The notes below the pieces were generated by a model. It saw only the letters and a list, made by a program, of their open reading frames with translations, was not told the DNA's origin and made no database searches. Both the position numbers and the translations under genes were made by a program. DNA of 63,973 bases, counting the filler, from a bacterium (GTDB lineage: Bacteria; JALSQH01): NCBI GenBank assembly GCA_026985515.1. It is 6 parts of 6 records of this genome, joined end to end, with 100 filler letters (N's around TTAATTAATTAA, not from the genome) between each part and the next. Parts side by side here need not be neighbours in the genome. Positions count along the whole stretch, not along the records: positions 58,842 to 63,973 come from JALSQH010000021.1; 5 more parts are not named here. One strand, 5' to 3'. Shown in pieces: positions 59,962 to 63,973 of the stretch; positions within the stretch are counted from its first letter, which is position 1; each line of letters starts with the position of its first letter.

Positions 59962-60989
59962 TTCAGTATCTTCACTCCTTTAAATGTTAAGCTCCTGATC
60001 AGTTTCTCAGCTTTTAATTTTGCTGATGGTGAAAGGGGGGCATAGTGAAGAGGAGTTGCATATTTTTGCCCTTCATGAATTGTAAACCAGAGAAGTTTAA
60101 CAAGTGATTGTGCTTTTTCCTTTGTTTTAATATTTGTTGATAAATCCCTGTAAACCAGTAGCCATGTAAAGCCTGAAATGGGATAGCCATCAGGGGCATC
60201 TGTGTTTGTGAGCGAAACTCTCATATCATCCGGGAGAGGAACATTTGATGCCATGGTAACACTTTTAATGGACGGTTTTATGAAATTACCATGTTTGTTC
60301 TGGATCAGTGCCGCAGGCATGTGGTTCTGGATGGCATATATTAATTCAACATACCCAATTGATCCCGGAATCTGTCTGATCAAACCAGCGACCCCAGGAT
60401 TTCCTTTTGCACCTATTCCGGTGGGCCAGTTAAGTGATTTTCCTCTTCCCACCTTTTTTGCCCATTCTTTGCTTATTTTTGTGAGGTAATCTGAAAATAT
60501 GAATGTTGTACCGCTACCATCTGATCTGTGTACAACAACGATTTTCATAGGAGGAAGGTTAACATCTGGATTTATCTTTTTTATGCGTGTATCATTCCAC
60601 TTTGTTATTTTCCCAAGAAAAATTCCAGCGATGACCTCAGGTGTAAGTTTGATCTGGGGATTGCCTGGCAGGTTATAGGTAAGTACTACTGCACCGGCAC
60701 ATGTTGGAATGTGAACTACTGGTGATTCGAATTTCTTTAGTTCTTCATTGCTCAGAAAAGCATCAGATGCACCAAAGTCAACTGTTTTAGCTCTCAGTTG
60801 TCTGATCCCACCCCCAGAACCTATTGCCTGATAATTTACCCTTATTCCTGTTTGTCTGTAAAATTCATAGAACACTTTTGAGTAAAAGGGGTAGGGGAAA
60901 GTTGCTCCTGCACCTGTTAGTTCACCCGCATTAAGATTGTAACCTGTGAAAATTAAAAGAAGCGTTAGAATTAAAGATATTTTTTTCAT
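59958..60989 (-). CDS. pstS: Phosphate-binding protein PstS
   Basis: GAGATFPYP, GSGGG, DFGASD, RSDGSGTT; ATG 60989 with RBS AGGAGG. Confidence 0.95.
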   Translation of the reverse strand: MKKISLILTLLLIFTGYNLNAGELTGAGATFPYPFYSKVFYEFYRQTGIRVNYQAIGSGGGIRQLRAKTVDFGASDAFLSNEELKKFESPVVHIPTCAGAVVLTYNLPGNPQIKLTPEVIAGIFLGKITKWNDTRIKKINPDVNLPPMKIVVVHRSDGSGTTFIFSDYLTKISKEWAKKVGRGKSLNWPTGIGAKGNPGVAGLIRQIPGSIGYVELIYAIQNHMPAALIQNKHGNFIKPSIKSVTMASNVPLPDDMRVSLTNTDAPDGYPISGFTWLLVYRDLSTNIKTKEKAQSLVKLLWFTIHEGQKYATPLHYAPLSPSAKLKAEKLIRSLTFKGVKILK

Positions 60990-61008
60990 TGTTTTCTCCT
61001 CCTTTTTG

Positions 61009-62136
61009 TTAAATTTTCCATACAAGATCAACCTGAATCAGATTCTGGTAGGAAGGTGTTTCAATGGGTCTCATCAAGTAATAATCAATTCCCAGGAGCA
61101 GACCTCTGATAAGCATAATTTTCCCTTCCGCCTCATAACCTTTAACTCCAGTTTTTCCACCGTAAGCATCTGAGTCAGGGAAAATGTCAAGCCATGCATC
61201 CTTTTCAAGATACCTGTACATGATTTTGAACTGCCATTTGCCTCCTCTTTTCAGTTTTTCATATCCCATTTTGAATCCTGCGAGATAGCCTGTGGAATTT
61301 TGAGAAACAGCCAGATTTCTCACATATGTGCCAAAAAGAGCAATGCAGGGGGTTGCCGAAATCAGGTTTTTCATTTTTAATTGCATATTTGCTTCAATGG
61401 TATTGTAGTCGTAGAGCAGTTTCTTATCGGGTGTATATGAATTTGTCTCCGAAGTAAACTGAAGAGAGTATCCCTTTACGGAATGAGAGTCAAAGTATGA
61501 AATTCCTGTGGCAAGTGAGAATCCTCCAGTGGTTACCTTCCCACCCAATTGGATATAGGTAATATTCGAATCAGCACCATTTTTCCTTTCCTCGATGATC
61601 CAGAATCCCGCGTTGGTGAAAAGTGAGGCTTGTTTCAAGGAATATTCTCCCCTCAGCCCTGCTCCTTCAGGTGTTAAATCGGAATCCCATATGAGATCAG
61701 AGGTTGTCCATATTGCCTTTTTGATACCTTCATATTTACCTGCCCATAAATTGATGTAGGGGATCCCTCTGTATTCTGCATAGGCATAATTGATTTTTAT
61801 ATCTTTCATACTGAAGGAATTGGTAAGAGTGACATTGGTTGATCTGGGGTCCCCATTTCCCGAAGCGATTCCAGCACCAATTATAAAATTTTTGATTTTG
61901 TAAGTTTTAAACCCAAGTCTGAATCTTATTCTTTCCCTTTCTCTGCTTTTTTTGTTTTTCTTTTTCTCCCACTGATAGCGTATCCTGAGATCTCCTTTGA
62001 TTTTAAAAATTTTGCTGATATTTTTTCCTTTTGTTTCTCTGCTTGAAGCGTCTGGATAAGTATTGCTCGCTTGAAGGTTAACATTGAAGATAAACAGTGC
62101 CATAATCACCAGCCATTTTGTACTTTTCAGTTTCAT
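61009..62136 (-). CDS. Putative porin (Porin_5-like) in Pho regulon
   Basis: Signal peptide, GDLRIRY, RERIRFRLG, DPRSTN; beta-strand pattern ending QVDLVWKI. Confidence 0.75.
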   Translation of the reverse strand: MKLKSTKWLVIMALFIFNVNLQASNTYPDASSRETKGKNISKIFKIKGDLRIRYQWEKKKNKKSRERERIRFRLGFKTYKIKNFIIGAGIASGNGDPRSTNVTLTNSFSMKDIKINYAYAEYRGIPYINLWAGKYEGIKKAIWTTSDLIWDSDLTPEGAGLRGEYSLKQASLFTNAGFWIIEERKNGADSNITYIQLGGKVTTGGFSLATGISYFDSHSVKGYSLQFTSETNSYTPDKKLLYDYNTIEANMQLKMKNLISATPCIALFGTYVRNLAVSQNSTGYLAGFKMGYEKLKRGGKWQFKIMYRYLEKDAWLDIFPDSDAYGGKTGVKGYEAEGKIMLIRGLLLGIDYYLMRPIETPSYQNLIQVDLVWKI

Positions 62137-62180
62137 TTTTTCCTCCTTTTTTGATTTTCACCTTTACTTTAAGATAGAAA

Positions 62181-62219
62181 TGTTAAATAAAAATAAATTT
62201 TTTGTTAAATTTTTGTTAA
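62181..62219 (-). promoter_or_regulatory. Pho-box-like direct repeats upstream of porin-pstSCA
   Basis: TTAACA (- strand) at 62214, 62203 and 62181, on an 11-bp register. Confidence 0.75.
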
Positions 62220-62237
62220 GAAGAAAAACAAAGGGTT

Positions 62238-63973
62238 TCAATTAGTTGGATTGCGAGGAAGGGTGATTGTGAAGGTTGTTCCTTTTCCAGGTTTCGATTT
62301 TACATCAATTTTTCCATCGTAGAGAAGAACAATATGTTTTACAATTGATAATCCAAGCCCCGTTCCCCCCAGTTTTCTGGAATGAGATTTATTGACCACA
62401 TAGAATCTCTCAAAAAGTCTCGGAATATGTTTTTCCTCAATCCCTATTCCGGTGTCTGATACTTCGATATGGATATCATCGAGACCTGTGATTTTTATGG
62501 TAACACCTCCCTTCTCCGTATATTTAATTGCATTATCAATTAAGTTTATAAGCAGCTGTTCAAGTTTGAAAGGGTCTCCGGCAAAGTATGTATTTCCTTC
62601 TGCTTTTAATTTTATGTATAACCCCTTTTCCTCCGCTTTGGGTTTAAAAATTTTTATAACATGGTCAGCCAGTTCTTTGAGATCTATTTTTTCTTTATCT
62701 TCACTGAGCATTTCTTTCTCCTCTTCAAGCTGGGAAAGAACAAGAAGATCTTTAACGATATTAATTAACCTGTCTGTATGTTTCATAACAATATGAATGT
62801 AAGTCTTGATATCCTCGTCTTTCACTTCTTCTTCAACAGTTTCCAGATAGCCTTTGATGGCTGTCAGTGGAGTTCTTAATTCGTGTGAAACATTGGTTAC
62901 AAAGTCACGTTTAATAATTTCAAGACGTTTGAGATCAGTAATGTCATGAAAAACAAAAATTGTTTCCTTTTTCATGGGCAGAAAAGAGGAACTGACAATG
63001 TAATATCTGTCTTTTATTTTCAATTCTTCGACATTTTCAGATTGATTGGTGAGTGTCTTTTCAATAAATTCCTTTAGCTTTGGATCTTTTAATACCTCCC
63101 ACCAGTATTTTTCCTCAGGAGTGGAGTCAATGATACCAGTAAGACTTTTATTTGTAAGAGTTATTTTTCCTTCATCATTTATGACGCAGAGTCCTTCTTT
63201 TAGAGAAGAAATTATGTTTCTCAACTCTTCCTCCCTCTGTTGAAGCGATTCAAATAATTCTTCCAGTTTATCAGCCATGATATTAAAGCTTCGTGATAAC
63301 TCGCCGATTTCATCCTCAGATTTAACTGAAACTCTAATGTTAAAATTCCCGCTGGCAATTTTTGTCGAGGCATCAAGTACTTCTTTAATAGGCGAAGAAA
63401 TACTTTGAGAAAAAAAATACGCTCCGAGAAGTGAAAGAGTAAGTAAAGCTATTGTTATTACAAGCATTTTCTTTAAAAGGTTCTGGAGAAGTGTGTCTAC
63501 ATCACTTACAAATATGCTTGTTCTGATAATGGCAGCTATTCTGTGGTTGAGGTACACTGGCATTGCAACATAGATCATTCTCCTCTGCATCGTTGCACTA
63601 AATCTTACAGACCTTCCTTCACCCTTACTGAGAGCTCCGACTATTTCTGGTCTATTTCTGTGGTTTTCCATAATAAGTGGATTTTTATATGTATCTCCCA
63701 GGACCTTTCCATCTGGTCCGATCACTGTTATTCTAATTTTTAGCTTTCTTCCCATAAGTTTTGCCCAGGTATCGATGATTGCCGGATTTTTCTTACTCAG
63801 AAGGCTCTTGAGCTCTGATTGCAGAGATATGTTAATTTTCTTGAGATTGTTCTGGAGAGTTTCTATGTAATGATTTTTTATGGTTGTGAAAGAAAAGACG
63901 AAGATGAGAAAAGCGAGTCCCACGATAATAAGACTGAAACTTGAAAAGATACGGAAGAAAATGGATTTCTTCA
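62238..63973 (-). CDS. phoR: Phosphate regulon sensor histidine kinase (HAMP-PAS-HisKA-HATPase); start at window edge
   Basis: MENHRNRPEI, FVTNVSHELRTPLT, NLIDNAIKY, GGTGLGLSI; frame open to window end. Confidence 0.88.
   Translation of the reverse strand, partial: KKSIFFRIFSSFSLIIVGLAFLIFVFSFTTIKNHYIETLQNNLKKINISLQSELKSLLSKKNPAIIDTWAKLMGRKLKIRITVIGPDGKVLGDTYKNPLIMENHRNRPEIVGALSKGEGRSVRFSATMQRRMIYVAMPVYLNHRIAAIIRTSIFVSDVDTLLQNLLKKMLVITIALLTLSLLGAYFFSQSISSPIKEVLDASTKIASGNFNIRVSVKSEDEIGELSRSFNIMADKLEELFESLQQREEELRNIISSLKEGLCVINDEGKITLTNKSLTGIIDSTPEEKYWWEVLKDPKLKEFIEKTLTNQSENVEELKIKDRYYIVSSSFLPMKKETIFVFHDITDLKRLEIIKRDFVTNVSHELRTPLTAIKGYLETVEEEVKDEDIKTYIHIVMKHTDRLINIVKDLLVLSQLEEEKEMLSEDKEKIDLKELADHVIKIFKPKAEEKGLYIKLKAEGNTYFAGDPFKLEQLLINLIDNAIKYTEKGGVTIKITGLDDIHIEVSDTGIGIEEKHIPRLFERFYVVNKSHSRKLGGTGLGLSIVKHIVLLYDGKIDVKSKPGKGTTFTITLPRNPTN

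Noticed and set aside
2332-63743. Numerous 60-190 aa ORFs antisense to or nested in assigned genes
   Set aside because: Shadow ORFs with no motifs or RBS, overlapping well-supported genes

Overview
The window is six unrelated assembly contigs joined by 100-nt N/TTAATTAATTAA linkers (20909-21008, 41902-42001, 47626-47725, 53186-53285, 58742-58841), so gene order across the linkers carries no information. The gene content suggests a diderm, probably anaerobic and thermophilic, Deltaproteobacteria-like bacterium (inference). Core genes include a cNMP/K+-channel operon, comEC, a LonC-like protease, a tolQRAB operon running into mobA-moeA-mobB, mce, slyD, archease, xerD, an AF_0795-type KaiC-like pair, rng, nfo, ogt, fprA and phoR-porin-pstSCA with a Pho box. 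Defence genes are the tail of a type III (III-C-like) CRISPR effector operon with a 12-repeat array whose spacers look antisense to coding sequence, plus a truncated AAA-ATPase. The most unusual items are: (1) islands of secreted, Cys-rich proteases and lipoproteins, two of them bordered by a dispersed co-varying hairpin repeat family (about 25030, 30800, 36410) and a third preceded by a 225-bp highly structured tandem repeat (49726-50227); (2) a subtilase gene interrupted at two simple-sequence repeats, sharing an N-terminal domain and a 5' mini-ORF with a lipoprotein on another contig; (3) a FadR-controlled glycyl radical enzyme operon of unknown substrate with a tandem PNPOx-like flavoprotein. 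All calls come from motif reading, with no database searches.
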